64,000 nucleotides of DNA from Octopus sinensis (taxonomy: Eukaryota): NCBI RefSeq assembly GCF_006345805.1, contig NC_043002.1, positions 116,250,001 through 116,314,000 on the forward strand, written 5' to 3'. Under the pieces are notes generated by a model. That model searched no databases, was not told the origin of the DNA, and worked only from the letters and a program-made list of their open reading frames with translations. This document shows positions 39,525 to 53,850 of this stretch, piece after piece. Each line of letters starts with the position of its first letter. Positions within the stretch are counted from its first letter, which is position 1. Position numbers and translations under genes: made by a program.

Positions 39525-39772
39525 GGTCGCTATGTGCTTCCTTGTATTGTTCTAGCTTTCAAATGACGAACTCCACTACAGGCTAGGCGGGCAGGCCAAC
39601 AATACCCCTGGGCAGAGCGCCAGTCCGTCGTAGGGATATGCATTTACAACTGAGTAGACTTGAAAGAATGGGAAATGAAGTGTTTTGTTCAATACCATAA
39701 CGCATCGCCGCACCGGAAACCGAAAGGATGATGTTGAGATAGTGATTGCAACATCGGAACACTAGGCCACAC
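39525..39772 (-). mobile_element. tRNA-derived SINE, family C (diverged)
   Basis: Shares GGCTAGGyGGGCAGGCCAAC and GCCAGTCCGTC with 12284-12581; head GTGTGGCCTAGTG. Confidence 0.65.
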
Positions 39773-40467
39773 ATCTCAGACACACACGCCCACACACGCC
39801 CACACAGGCCCACACACACACACACACACACACAAATGCATATGTACAGCCATCTGTGTAGCATACTTATTGCAAATATATCATGAAAGCAAATCAACAG
39901 CGATATTCGTCCGGCAATAATATCTCTTATAGACGTGGTATGCTTAAAAAGACAATAGTATCAGAAGCAGAAGAAAATTGTCTAGCCGCAGTGGTGATAA
40001 TGCTTGATGCACATTCTTGCCTAGTTGGGCTTCGTTAGTAGTATGTACCCACTGCCAACAGCATGCTTAGACAAAATTTCCGTTTCAAATAACAGATCTT
40101 TGTTTAGTCGGGTGTCTAATTGACACACCAGTGACTTATCAATCATTGTTTTCCTCATATTAATGAAGGTGGATTTTGTCTTAGCATGCAGTTTGTACAT
40201 GTTACTAAAAAGTTCAACAAAACAGAAATATGCACCAAGAATTTTCACTGTCATTACTGGACTATTTTCGTCTGCTACTAATTTGTTTGTGTTTTTCAAC
40301 CCAACACATTCATAAGAGATATTATCTCCTGATGAATACCGCAGTTAATTTGCTTTTTGCGATGCTTTAATTATGGTACACATATTTTAACCTATTGCTG
40401 GCTCTGTTGCACATAATATATATATAACAGAATATATGATGAATGTATGAGTGTTGTGTAAGAGTGC

Positions 40468-40503
<36 letters not shown>

Positions 40504-40974
40504 TCAGCATATGAGATTATCAGAGATTTCATAGCATTAGTAACAAAGATTTTAGTTACGTGGCATTCGTATTAGTGGCTGTATAAGGGCAGTGAAGTAG
40601 ATATTCGACGACGCATTAAAAAGAGGTGATGCTGATAGAGTTCTGTATCAAGTTGACCATAGCGGGCTTGTGCACCGAGTTACTTAATCTTTTTTTAAAA
40701 TAGATTAAAGAAAAAATATAACGTAATCTCAAAACAGTCACCCGACCTGCTCGAAACAGCAACATGAAGTTTCCGAAGCAGATTCTGTCAGTTTAAATAA
40801 CGATGGTTTTAAAGAAATACGTTGGTTACAGCTAGATTTTGTTCGACGAAAGATGATTTGGAATAAACAACAACAAAACAAACTTACTGATAGCTGCCAA
40901 ACCAATGAGAGTAGTAAGAAGGAATCAAATAACATTCAACTGTTATCAAACATTGATATGAATTAATCTAAGAA

Positions 40975-41205
40975 CTTTGCCTCCTATCAGGGAGTATCTT
41001 GCGGTTTTTCAACCTGCTAGAAATGGAACCCTAAACCATTTTAAAATCAAACCCTGCCATCCCCACCCCGCCAAAAAAGAGGATAATACATTAGTCAATG
41101 AAATCGTAGATACATTACGACCGTAACAAAGATGGCCACGGATGGAATACTTTTGACCATGGGTCTGCCTGATTGGGGTTGATCTGGGGCTAGACTACAA
41201 CAATA
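40975..41205 (+). mobile_element. SINE-like repeat 3' part with (AAC)-like tail
   Basis: CAACCTGCTAGAAAT...GATGGCCACGGATGGAATACTTTTGACCATGGGTCTGC...GATCTGGGGCTAGACTACAACAA resembles a common octopus repeat as I recall it. Confidence 0.5.
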
Positions 41206-42106
41206 AAATTACTGATCTTGTGCAGGTCGTTAATGAGATCACGAATAGCGATGAAAGGACTACTATGAAAGAAAGTAGGACTCAATATATTTGTTTGGAG
41301 TTCCATAAGTTTATAAGTTCTTTTTTTTTAATGGACATAAATTCCTACAGATGTGTGCCACCACTCCGATTTTGTTGCCTCACAACCTCCAGAAAATGGA
41401 TATCCCCCAATGAAACTTTCCACAAACAAGCCTCGGATGGTACAGACTCCGACCACATCGTAATATGTAGGGCAAAAAATTCTTCTGAGGGTCGGGTGAG
41501 GAGTTGCGGAAAACTCACACAAAATGGCTTCCCTTACTCATGATCTCTTCAAAAGAACGGATAATTTTTTTGAAACCTCTCGCAAATACCCTCAGAGTGA
41601 ATAGATTATTATTATAGAGGAATATAATATGAAAACATGAATTTGGTGGGCTCGTACATACTTGACACACGTCACATATATCTACAAAATGGAACTTGAA
41701 ATTTCGGAAAAAAAAATTCGTAATGCGTGTCAGTATGTATACGCGAGTGTGTGTTCTCACTATTTTTCTTTTAACATCAAATTCCGATCTAATCCCAATT
41801 TAAACACTCCGAAATGTACCTACAGAAAATTTCACTTAAAAATACCCATTTTTCCGAAAGTCATGAAACAAAACCAATGCGTGCGAACTTTCCGAACACC
41901 CCCCAGAAAAATGCCATCCACAGAAAAATGTTTTCACGACAAACCACGATACAATCGGAATTCACACCTTCCGAAGCGCACCTGTAGAAAACTTCACATA
42001 GTTGAGAAACAAATGAAACATTTAAAATGAAATAACAGAGGCTTGTAAAAAGTACAAACTCTTCAATGAACAACGTCTTGAAGAAATTCATATTAAAAAA
42101 ACAGAA

Positions 42107-42640
42107 GGCGGTGAGCTGGCAGAAAGGTTAGCACGTCGGGCGAAATGCGTAGCCATATTTCGTTTGCCGTTACGTTCTGAGTTCAAATTCCGCCGAGGTC
42201 GACTTTGCATTTCATCCTTTCGGGGTCGATAAATTAAGTACCAGTTACGCACTGGGGTCAATGTAATCGACTTAATCTGTTTGTCTGTCCTTATTTGTCC
42301 CCTCTGTGTTTAGCCCCTTGTGGGTAATAAAGAAATTGGTATTTCGTCTGCCGCTACGTTCTGAGTTCAAATTCCGCCGAGGTCGACTTTGCCTTTCATC
42401 CTTTCGGGGTCGATAGATTAAATACCAGTTGCGTACTGGGGACGATCTAATCGGTTGGTCTCCTCCCCCAAAATTTCGGGTCTTGTGCATAGAGTAGAAA
42501 AGAGTCATTAGCAAGCCGGGTCGATTAAATTACTACCAGTTACGCACTGGGGCCGATGTGATCGACTTAATCTCTTTGTCTGTCCTTGTTTGTCCTCTCT
42601 ATGTTTAGCCCCCCCCCCCATCGTGGGCAATAAAGAAATA
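42107..42640 (+). mobile_element. Head-to-tail cluster of three family-B SINE copies or fragments
   Basis: The core TTCCGCCGAGGTCGACTTTGC.TTTCATCCTTTCGGGGTCGATA occurs twice, plus a third 3' half ending GTGGGCAATAAAGAAATA. Confidence 0.85.
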
Positions 42641-43437
42641 AATATTAAACAAATTAACAAATCAGAAACTATGTCATGGATGGGAAATCTGTGACTGAAG
42701 TAACATAAATACTGAGTAGATATTGATGGCAATCATAGGTTTTGTGATGAAACTCCAAAATACATACAATTTAGATACAGTATTGTGGACTATCCAACAC
42801 TGAGAGCTGCTCGATCTGCTAACAATATCAACCGAACCTCTCTTAAACCACATCATACCGACTGTATCATATAGTCCTGATTGAAAATATTATGCCGTAC
42901 GTGTGTTCATTCAGAGCTCCGATTGGTTAAACGACAATAAGGATGAGCTAACTGCTTAGATTTAAATGAAAAATATTGGATACCATGAGCACTTGACTGG
43001 AATCCCACACTGGTCCTGTTGGTTCGTATAATGAGTCATCTAGTCTAAACTTGGTAATATCAAATACTTAGATGTTCACTGGTATTGGTTATTGTGCTGT
43101 TGATGAAGTAGAAAAGGAGTCAATATTTGGTATTAGTTGATAGTTACGGGTTCTTTAAAAAAAAAATCATCCTGAATGAGTTAAAGATTCAAAAGAATTA
43201 TTTTATTAGTTGCCAAATATTTATATTTCCTGAATGAAGGGATCAATTAATTAAAATATAGTCATAAAACAATGGATAATTCTCATGTTAACTTGAACAT
43301 TTGGCATGAAGGAAACATGAAGGAAATTCCACTTCCAAAATTAAAGTGAAATAAATACAAGACTTCTTTTCAGGAAGTTATCTTTTAACTAGAAACAAAT
43401 CCACTTAATATCTAAACTTTCAAAATATTTCTAAAAA

Positions 43438-44085
43438 TCTCTCTATATATAAACGGCAGTTTGTCTGTCTGAGTGTCTGTGTGTCTGTCAGGTTGTACCC
43501 TCACGATGACCACGGCTTTCAACCAATTCTGATGAAACTTGACACACACATAGCCCAATGTCATAATTCAAAACTAACGCAGCGAAAGTTTTTAAAAGTT
43601 CCCCCAGTTCTGAAAAAATCGATAAATTCGACATGGGTCGAGAATCTAAGCTTTTCATATGCAACACATTTTCTGTTGTTGTTTTCGCAACTTGCAATTG
43701 ATTTTCACCAAACTCATGGTGAAGCTTAATGTTACCCTAAGAAACTTAATTCTGACATTAGTTTTCCATGCAATACCTTACCATCAGAAAAAATCGATGA
43801 AATCATGCCATTTTGGGAAATCGCGTTCAAATTCAAGATGACATTTTCGACAATATCTTTCACAAATTGTCAGGAATTTTTTAAAAAATTCACAGCGAGC
43901 ATCATATCTGCTCCAAGGAGCTATATGGCCCTTTTTATTCCAATAGGATACTTTATTACTGGAAAAAATCGGTTAATTAAATCATATGTGGCACACATAG
44001 CAAACCGATTTGTGTATTAAACACAAACCACAGACTGTCTAGGGGACGCCTTCCACACCCGGGCAACGCCGGGCTATGCTGCTAG
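43438..44085 (+). mobile_element. Non-autonomous Helitron-type element
   Basis: 5' TCTCTCTATATATAAA follows an A; GTCT microsatellite near the 5' end; 3' hairpin CCCGGGCAACGCCGGG (44058-44073); terminal CTAG followed by T (A|T insertion, no TSD). Confidence 0.85.
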
Positions 44086-44713
44086 TGCAATATATTTTAA
44101 AGAGCGTTGAAAGAGTTATGTTTGAACCAGAAAAAATAATTTAGTTATTCTTATCTGGTTTCGTGATAGGAAAGCGTCTCCAAACATTTTAAAATTGATT
44201 AGTTTGTTGAAACATTAAATGTAATGACACCTGTACACAATGTTAATGCTAGTGGTACACATAATTAAGGAAAGATTGGTGTGGACGCTAATCAGGTAGC
44301 GTGGGGAAGATAAACACGTTAATTGTTTTTATTGAGATATGTCCATAAAGCTGTATAAATACACCCGAATAACTGTAATTATCAGAAATACTATAATTCA
44401 AGCTATTAATGAAGCTTAAATTCTTGACTAAATACTTATACTGGTGACCCAGTATAAAATTTCAAATAAAATCTAGGTAATCTGGATTATGTCTAATGAT
44501 AATTTGGACCATTTTCAATACAAATACAACAGTATTCTACAATGTGAAAGTAAGGTATATAAAACTGACATAAAGTGTCGTTGACTGTTTCTTAAAGAAC
44601 TCTGAAGTTTTATCCAAAGCCATTATTGCAGAGTTGTCAACTAGAATGAAATTACTGGAAAACCCTTGTGGAAATACCGGGAAATAGTTGTAAATGCTGG
44701 ACAAAATGATCAT

Positions 44714-45070
44714 AGGCGTAGGAGTGGCTGTGTGGTAAGTAGCTTGCTTACCAACCACATGGTTCCGGGTTCAGTCCCACTGCGTGGCACCTTGGGCAAG
44801 TGTCTTCTACTATAGCCTCGGGCCGACCAAAGCCTTGTGAGTGGATTTGGTAGACGGAAACTGAAAGAAGCCATGTATATATATATATGTATGTGTGTGT
44901 GTGTTTGTGTGTCTGTGTTTGTACCCCAACATCACTTGATAACCGATGATGGTGTGTTTACGTCTCCGTAACTTAGCGGTTCGGCAAAAGAGGCATATAG
45001 AATAAGTACTAGGCTTACAAAGAATAAGTCCTGGGGTCACATGACTGAAACAAGTAAAAGAGTAAGAGTA
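44714..45070 (+). mobile_element. tRNA-derived SINE, family D
   Basis: GGCGTAGGAGTGGCTGTGTGGTAAG...CCGGGTTCAGTCCCACTGCGTGGCACC, an internal TA/TG tract, and tail ATGACTGAAACAAGTAAAAGAG. Confidence 0.85.
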
Positions 45071-45756
45071 TAAAATGCAGTCGTTACTTTATAACTTTTA
45101 TTTACTTTTGAGTAATTTCGCATGTATTTGTGTGTCATGCATACATTTTTTTTACTGATGTTAACGAACTAAAATTAAGGATATACTTTGTATACCACAA
45201 GTTTGGTGCAAAAGTAATTGCTGATTTAGTGACATGCTTAATGCTTATATCACAAAAATCACGATTTACCAGTCAATAGTATGAACAAGAGACATATTTA
45301 TCGAGATCTCTATGTCAAGAATTAGTGGTGAGCCTTATATATAAGGGCCTGTTTTACGTAAGCTATTTAGGTTTACTTAAAAGTTTGCTCGCATCAATCG
45401 CTGTCACAGAAGGACATTCAATGCATAGACATAAAGAGATAGAACCACTTCATTAATTTTCTTAACTTTATTAATTTGCTTACTTTACACTATTAACACT
45501 ATCCAATATTTACACATCTAAACATTGTTACTGTTTATTATTTTCTGTACTACTATTCATGGTTACCTTTTTTGTGTGCACTTGCATGTTCTTGTATAAC
45601 TTATAATTATAATATGGCACTATGCCTTCCAGTTTTACTGTAATGAGAGAAGAAAATATTAACTATAACACTGGGGGCCATAACGCCATTCACCATGCAG
45701 TTGACTTTTGCTTTTTTTAGAACTGTACTTCTTTGCAATCCCATTTTCCAGATATA

Positions 45757-47532
45757 CAGGGTGTTCGGGGGTAAATTTGACAATGTTTTATGTCCCCTTT
45801 ATTTTCAGGAACAGCTTGATGTATTGGCAAACAGTCAATATTAGAGTTGTAGTTGAGAAAAAGTTAGCTGATGTGGCGGGTTGGAAACCATCTGAATATT
45901 GGGATAGAGTTATCTGCATCGTGATGATTCGCGCAGAGTATCAAAATGCCGACATCTTGACTACTGCTCAATGCAATGTAAACGCTGTAAAGCTGTAAGA
46001 CGCGACATGCAAGGGAAACTACGAAACTGTGACCGAAGGTGGGGGACACAACAGGCGTTCCGCTTGCGTTTACACGCCGGAGTTCATCCAGCAACTTCAG
46101 GATAAAGTGAGGAAAGATCCGAGTAAGGAAAAACAGATTTTAGCGAGAGAGATGGGTGTTGGAGTCGCCGCAATGAATGAGGACCTTTGCTACAACTCGT
46201 ACAAGACACGCAAGGGATTAATTCTGAGAGCCAAACCCAAGGAGAACTCGAAGACGAAGGCAAAGAAACAACTGAACAAGCTGAGGCATCCTGTTGAACC
46301 AGGAATGTGTGTGTGTGTGTGCATATGTGGTCATCATATGAGATTATCAGAGATTTCCTAAATATTGTAGTGAAGCTTTTAGTTATGCGGTGTTTGTATT
46401 ATTGGTTATTGTTCCGTTGATGAAGTAGAAAACGAGTCAATATTTAGTATTGGTGAGTGATAAGATTAAGAAAACACTACTGAAATAGTTACGGGTTCAT
46501 CCGGAATGAGCTAACGGTTCAAATCTTTTTATTAGTTGCCAAATATTTTTATTCCCTGAATAAAGGGATCGATTAATTAAAATGTAGTCATAAAACAATG
46601 GATAGTTCTCATGTTAACTTGAACATTTGGCATGAAGGAAACATGAGCTTTTTCAAGAAATTCCACTTTCAAAAGTAAAATGAAATAAGTATAAGACTTC
46701 TTTTCAGGAAGTTATCTTTTAACAAGAATGAAATCCAGTTAATACCTAAACTTTCAAAATATTTCTAAAAGAAGGTTGAAAGAGTTCTGTTGTAACCTGA
46801 AAAAATAACTTATAATAAAAATATTCTTATTTAGCTTCTGGTTCTTCTCAGATAAAAATTACTTCTGTCAGGACTAATTGCACAATATCCAGAACAATAG
46901 GTGGCTTGCTACAACTCATGTGATGTCCCGCGTATCATAAAAACCAAGTTTCTCCAAACTATGATGGTGTTTGGGTCTGGGTCTCCAGTGAGGGTGTTAT
47001 CAGGCCGCCCTACATGTTCGAATTGGGCTTTAGACTCAATTCAGACGGCCATGTGAAGCAACTGAAGACTAGCTGGATTGGGTTGTTACTGGAAGGCCGT
47101 GTGTGTGATATCAGGATTCGGTTGCGTGCCATACCCCCGGCAAGAGTCAGAAGTGGTTGTCGGAGAATTTCTATGACCTAACCAGCCCTAATTTCTGGCA
47201 TCTTAATTCTTCAATGGATTACTGTGCTTGCGGGGTGCAGTTAAGAAAGACACCAACAGCTCTGCCTGCAATACAAAGGCCTACCTGGCGGCCTTGATGA
47301 AGGGCGTTTTCAAAAGATTTTCCCAGGGACTCTTTGAAGAACACATGCACCAAGTTCTGGAGCCGTCTTGAGGCATAGAGGAAGCTGAGGGCGGCTACAT
47401 TTAGTAAACTGCCTTCTCCCGGCCATAATCTCGTTGATATTTTTTTGTTTTTTAAAAAAGCTTTTATATTTGGTTGGGATATTGTGCTTCTTTTTATTCA
47501 TGTAAATTATCTAATTTAGCCCGAACAGGCTG
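45757..47532 (+). mobile_element. Defective maT-like (DD37D) Tc1/mariner transposon, interrupted at 46308-46835
   Basis: TA-CAGGGTGTTCGGGGGTAAATT ... AATTTAGCCCCGAACAGGCTG-TA TIRs with TA TSD. Transposase relics KLRHPVEPGM|WFFSDK..FCQD, MMVFG, QDSVACH, MDY. Confidence 0.85.
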
Positions 47533-48529
47533 TATTTCAGCAAGGGGACTAAAATGGCTTGCAATTATTATAGGAATATCATGCTGAATTTTGAAACTGC
47601 AAGTTTAATAACCGTTGCATTTACAACCCGAAACAGCGGTCGCCACACTGTACTTTTGGGACCCTTGGGTAGAATGCCCTAGAAGAAACTATTAGAAATC
47701 CGCGAACAGCCTGAAGTTCGTGGGAAATCTAATTTAAATAAAAATTGCCCTGATCTGGAAGCTACTGATCTAAAACAATCTTATTCAAACATACGAGTTA
47801 ATTGAAGTTTCGTCTGAAACTTTTATATAATCAGCCAGATAATGTAGTTATGTGGCAAATGATATTCTTTATGTCTTGACGCGCAAAAGCTTGTGTTTCG
47901 TGCACGAGCCTTACCAACAACTGTCATGCTGTGTTCATGGCATTTGTTCATGGCATTTGTTCACAGCTTTGTTGGTACAAACCTTGAGAAATCTTATTTA
48001 GTTCCTATGCTGCCCGGTATTCGTCCATTGTTCTGTCACATATCACATATCTAGAAATGTCTTGACTTTGGCTGGAAGTGCAATGTTATATATTATAAAG
48101 CGGTCCTTGTTTAAACCAATCAGAGCAAACCCTTTTGACATACTTTAGAATGAACTGAAAGACAACCCGAAACTAATCTTGTGGAACACGGCCGGTGATT
48201 TTCCACAATCTTTTATGACATACGGCCATACTCCAAAAAGGCAAAATGCGGGTATTTTCGGCGTGTGAATGTGTAAGTGCTTAGAAATTTAGGGAATGGT
48301 TGAACATTTTCGCATAATGCAGGAAAGTTGACAAGATTATCATGTTTCTCAAATGATATTAAATTTATACATGGAAGTTGTCTTTTAGTTGCTGAACAAG
48401 TACAATACATACGTACATGCATACATATACCTCCCACACACAGACACACACACGCATATACATACAAGCGCGCATACACATACACACATACACATATATA
48501 CTATGCTGATAGCGAGCGAGTGAGTGAGG

Positions 48530-48760
48530 TAGATAGACAGAGAAAAGATAGATAGATAGATAGAGAGAGAGAGTGGAGAGAGAGAAAAACAGAAAAAGAG
48601 AGAGAAGAGAGAGAAATTGTTTAAATGAAAATAGCTACTAAAATATAAACATTTGCATGCGATCACGAAACATTAATACTATACCAATAATAACTAATTT
48701 TATACATACATACATGCATACATACATAGATACATACATACACACACACACACACGCACA

Positions 48761-48815
<55 letters not shown>
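48530..48815. repeat. (GATA)/(GA) and (TACA)/(CA)/(TA) microsatellites
   Basis: Direct simple repeats. Confidence 0.9.
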
Positions 48816-49569
48816 TCAGTGAGTGATTATTTTGTGGAAACATTCTATTTATCTTTTAAGACCAATTTCCTGTGTTATTACATCACGCAAAATCGAATGG
48901 CGCTTGTTAATTCTATTTACTTAAATTTGAATAAAACTCTGTAAAACTTTAAAATTATATAAAAACATTCCGTGCATTATTTTGCTATGATTGAATGAAT
49001 TAATTGATTCGCCATAAACTATAGATTTGTCTTAAATTTATTTATCTGAATATCTTTTTTATACAAAGTTTCGATTATTGCTTTTCTGTCTTTTGTCATG
49101 TAAATTCGAAATTTCTCAACTACAAAATTCAATATAGCATATGATATTTAAATTATTACTTTCAAATAGCGCTCGCCTTTATCTTGGAAATATTTCAATG
49201 TGATGAAAGATCGTAAGTTTATATATTTTCCGGGTTTGTTCCAAATACGAAGTCAAGAGTAAGTTACACGTAATATCTCCATTAAATCTTTCTGTAATTC
49301 TCATTCACAATTTTGGAACACTTGCATCGTAGTGTAAGACAGGTTTTATTTTGTTAAATCTCTTTTTGCTAGTTTCATTTCTTATTCAGTTCTGGCCACC
49401 TCTTATAAGGGTGATATTTATGCTGGCTGCCGACTTGCATGGGATTAACCGCCCGACCTCTCACGCTCTGCTATGCTTTTCAAATCATTATCACGATTTA
49501 CAGATCAACATTTGCTTAAAAATAAAGGGTACTTTGTGAACTGCATATATATAAACCATATACATGCAG

Positions 49570-49650
<81 letters not shown>

Positions 49651-50002
49651 AACTTACTTGGAAAAGGATGCGTGGCGTTCGATCATATAATAAAATAAAT
49701 AATATATAATTATATGCATATATACATACATATATGTACATAACTATATATATATGTATATATATTGGTACAGGACATAAAAAAAAACGTTGAACACAAT
49801 GAGAAACAAAAACATGGAAACGAAATATTTTTCAAACAACAAAAGAGCAGAATGCAAAACATACAACACAAGGAATATTCTCCTTCTTCAGTTGTCCTTG
49901 TTTCGTCTACTCCGCGTAGATGCAGATGTACATATAGATGTAGGTATGTACATATATGTATGTATATATGCATATATTTATATATTATTTATATTATATA
50001 TA

Positions 50003-50191
50003 GGGAGAATTCACAAAAAAAAAAGACGAAGACAGGTGGTGTAGACAACAAACAGATGTATTAGTTTAACACTCGAAGAGTGAAAAAGGCTTTAACGTTT
50101 CGAGCCTATGCTCTTCCACAGAAAGGATTACAGAAAGAAACAAGGAGAGAAAATAAAGATTGTGTAGTGGCTAGCGATCTATCATGGCGAA
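50003..50191 (-). mobile_element. Solo PLE 3' end (pLTR piece), same family as 61110-61290
   Basis: GGGAGAATTCAC...GACGAAGACAGGT..TGTAGACAACAAAC...TTTCGAGCCTA.GCTCTTCC.CAGAAAGG...GTAGTGGCTAGCGATCTATCATGGCGAA is shared with the element at 61110; TA runs on both sides. Confidence 0.8.
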
Positions 50192-50192
50192 T

Positions 50193-50248
<56 letters not shown>

Positions 50249-52479
50249 AAAACACACACACATAAAGATGTTACTATAATTACATAAGTTCAGACAACCA
50301 GTTCTTAAATTTCCTCGCCTATACACATTGGGTAAACGAGTATAAGTATGTTGGAGAAAGAAACCGACGGAAAGTTTGTGCTTCAGTAGATAGATGAACG
50401 TTAATATAGGAGAGCAACTTGTAAGTCCCAGGTTACAAATATGAGCCAACACCAATCAGATCGCAGAATCACACTTTAATGAATCTTTTTAGACTATCCT
50501 GGACTTCACACGATTATAGATAGTTGTGATGGCCATCCTTTTAATTTACCAATTGAACTCTGAACTTATAAATTCTCTGAAAAGCAAGTAATCATAATCT
50601 TCATACACTGCTCAGAATTCTAACACATGATTCGTCTATCATCATTGGAATAAAATTACAACACTTTTAAACTTCTTTGATAGTATTTTTTAGTAGGAGG
50701 CATTTCATTTTATTCACTTTTCAATTTACGTTTATTAATATTTTAATTTGCATTTAGTCATACGCAATTTTGATTTTGAAATCTCTGCACCAAAAAGGAA
50801 GCCCTTTAATTTTTTTTGTCATTTCGTATTTTAGTGTTTTATCCCCCCCCCCCAAAAAAAAACCCTGCTAAAATATGAATAGCTTTTTTCACTGAATCGA
50901 TTCCTCAGTGGATATTTAATAGGAAACTTACCTTATTTTCAAGTTATTTTCTCATCATTTTATTTTGAAATCTTTAAAACAACCAAGTATTGTTTTATCT
51001 ACTCACTATTTGAGCGTTTTATCGAAAACCTATCGAAATACATGTCTAGTTCTCGAGAGGAAATTTTACAAAATATTTTACTTTTCTCTCCCTTCTTCAT
51101 ACGTTGTTCATATTTTTAAGGGATTATTAACATCGATATTTCTACCCGGTCACACGCAAATTTTATTTTGAAATTTCCCAAAACAACTTTTGAATTGCAT
51201 TATATTTTCCCCTATTTTAGATCAGTATATTTAGCGCCTAGTATTTGTAATAGATAACCATTTCATCCATTTATTGCTAGGAATTGTTTGTTTTAGCATG
51301 ACAGAACCAACAAACATTTAATAAAAAAGTGAATCTATATTTCTGCATTGTTTACCATCTTAATTAACTATGGAATCAACGTCTGTTCAATAACTTGACA
51401 TGAAAAACATTTGTGCTATCAAAGTATTTTCACAATGCTTATTATGCCACTTGGACACGTATAATGAAACGCCAGCAAAATATGATGAATTTTCTATTTT
51501 GCAGAACTAATTCAAGGAAAAAATCATTAACACATTCAGTGAAATAAGAATAGATTCAACATTAAACTTGAACGTTAGCATTCGATGAAATTCCTATGAG
51601 TGTGCAAAACGAAAGAAATGTTCTTCCAGTTTTCCGGATTATGAAGTAAATTGAATGATCGTTTGTTCGTTATCAATATGAAACTTAGGTGTAATCAATG
51701 CGCAAAATTTGGGTTCATAAGCATTAAGGTAATAAATGTATCAAAGCGATGAAGAAGCTACAATGTTGAAGCGTCGGGATCAAATATCGTTGATCCACAG
51801 GATCTCTAGAAAAAAAAACAAAACAAAAAAAACGAATGGCCACTTTTCTTCAAGAGTATATTATGTGTAAGCAAATACAAGGAACGCGGAGGGAATACAA
51901 CTATAAAATCCATTGTTACAATAAATGAAAAATATATAAGTTCCATGTGTAAAATTTTTAATGAAATATACCACAATGAAACATGCCACTTTCGGATGGT
52001 GAGGTTGTGAGGTTGTGACTGAGCTACAAATGATGTAGAAATTAGAGTACGACTTCACTCTCGCAAGGCGTCTTAAATAAATAAAACTAGAAATGTAGGT
52101 TCGAGCGGTTTAACTGGTCGTCATCATATTTGCGCAAGTTGAAATGAGTGATTTTTCACCAATTTGTTTCGATTTCATTTGCAAGGACAAAATTTCTGTA
52201 TTATGACAAAATGTCTGTATTTTCCAGGAGTTCACGATGGGTATTAAAAAAATAATCTGATTCTATTTTGTTCAATGCTATTCTTAGGAAGAGTTCAGGA
52301 AGTAGTACTAAAATCAAAAAATGATTTTGCTTAGATTAATATGTCTACTTGAGTCATCGCCTGGAACTTTTTTGGCTGATTCTATCAAATATATTAAATA
52401 AATAAACCAACATAAATTATCTATTGATGAAATGTACTTGACCTTTCACCAATCAAATAAAACCAAATAAAACTAAAAA

Positions 52480-53340
52480 AAATTCAGAACAAATTGGATT
52501 AGAAATCTAAAAGATTCGCAGGGTAATAGGAGCCACATGGGCTGCTTGCACTCTTTGGTCAGCACCTGCAGTATAGCATACTTATATAGCTTTGACTGAA
52601 TATCTTTCGCCTGAGGGAAAATATGCAGGAATGGCCAATCCCCTTTTCCCCAAATATTTTCTTGAAAATTTAGCAATCATATTAGAGTTGTTGGCAGAAA
52701 TACTTTCCAAGAAAGAAATTTAAATCTACCACAAGCTGAAAAATTTAATAAAAAGGTGAGCAAAGGCTTTCAGTGGTCTAAGAAAGAATGGGTACGCATG
52801 AAAGGAAAATAGATGAAATCATTACTTCAAAAGCGTTTCAAGATATTGAGTTTGGCGAAAATAAGAAATATATGAGCCTTTTTCATCAAAGACTACTGAA
52901 TGCAGTAATAAGGAATATGAATCTGAGATCGATAGATTGTGACATTATAAAATCAAGATATAGCACTCAAGAACTAACAGAATTCATGCATTGGTAAATA
53001 TTGTTAACTCAGCTTCTTGGAACATTGATAGAGTTGTTGTTCTTTGGAAAGATGTTGAAGAGAAATTAGACGGATTCAATAAGCAGTTTTACCGTAAGAT
53101 CTGTGTCAATGAATTCAAGAATTATGATGAAAATATTGTCCAAAATAACTAAGCGATTTCCACAACAGTACAAAACTTAAAAATATCGTTAATAACATTG
53201 CTGCAAGTTCTACAGAGTCAGAAAGGGGATTATCGATTATGACCTTTACTTAATCTGTTAAAAGAAATCGCGTTGAAGTATAAAACATGTGACAAATCTT
53301 ATAGTGATTAATTTGGTCGGCCATCCATTCAATTTGTAGG
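52480..53340 (+). mobile_element. Degenerate hAT transposase relic
   Basis: KIRRVIGATWAAC... and NNIAASSTESERGLSIM...KRNR, matching the hAT C-terminal dimerisation motif (SSAExERGFS.MN...RN). Many stops. Confidence 0.6.
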
Positions 53341-53624
53341 GTTGTACGGATTCTGATAAAATGCGGTTACAGAAAATGACACAGATACCGACAATAGAGT
53401 AAAACATACAGTAAAAAAAATACCATGAAAATAAAGCTATAATATGGAAGTATTTAAAGTGTGATAGTAAATAAAAGTATATTATATGAAAGCATTTGTC
53501 ACTTGTTTATTTACTTATTTGTTGATTTTATATTTGGTTATTTCATTGGCAAAAATATTCAGAAATGTAAAAAGAGAACCGATTCGTAAAAACATTTGAA
53601 TTCCACCATTGAAACACACATATA

Positions 53625-53850
53625 TATTTATATATACATACGTATACACATGCATACATATATACATAGATACACGCATGCATAAATACATATATACATA
53701 CATGCATATATACAGACATGCATGCATACACATATGCATGCATACATACATAGATACATGCATACATACATATATACATGCATACATATGTACATACATA
53801 TATGCATATATGTACGAACATACATATATACGTAGCTACATACATACATA
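53625..53850. repeat. Degenerate (TACA)/(TA)/(TGCA) microsatellite at the 5' side of R4-like copy 2
   Basis: Ends ...TACATACATACATA immediately before unique sequence. Confidence 0.9.

Noticed and set aside
41345-41985. Possible Tc1-like element bounded by TACAGATGTG...CACCTGTA
   Set aside because: The terminal match is only about 8-10 nt and I see no transposase motifs.
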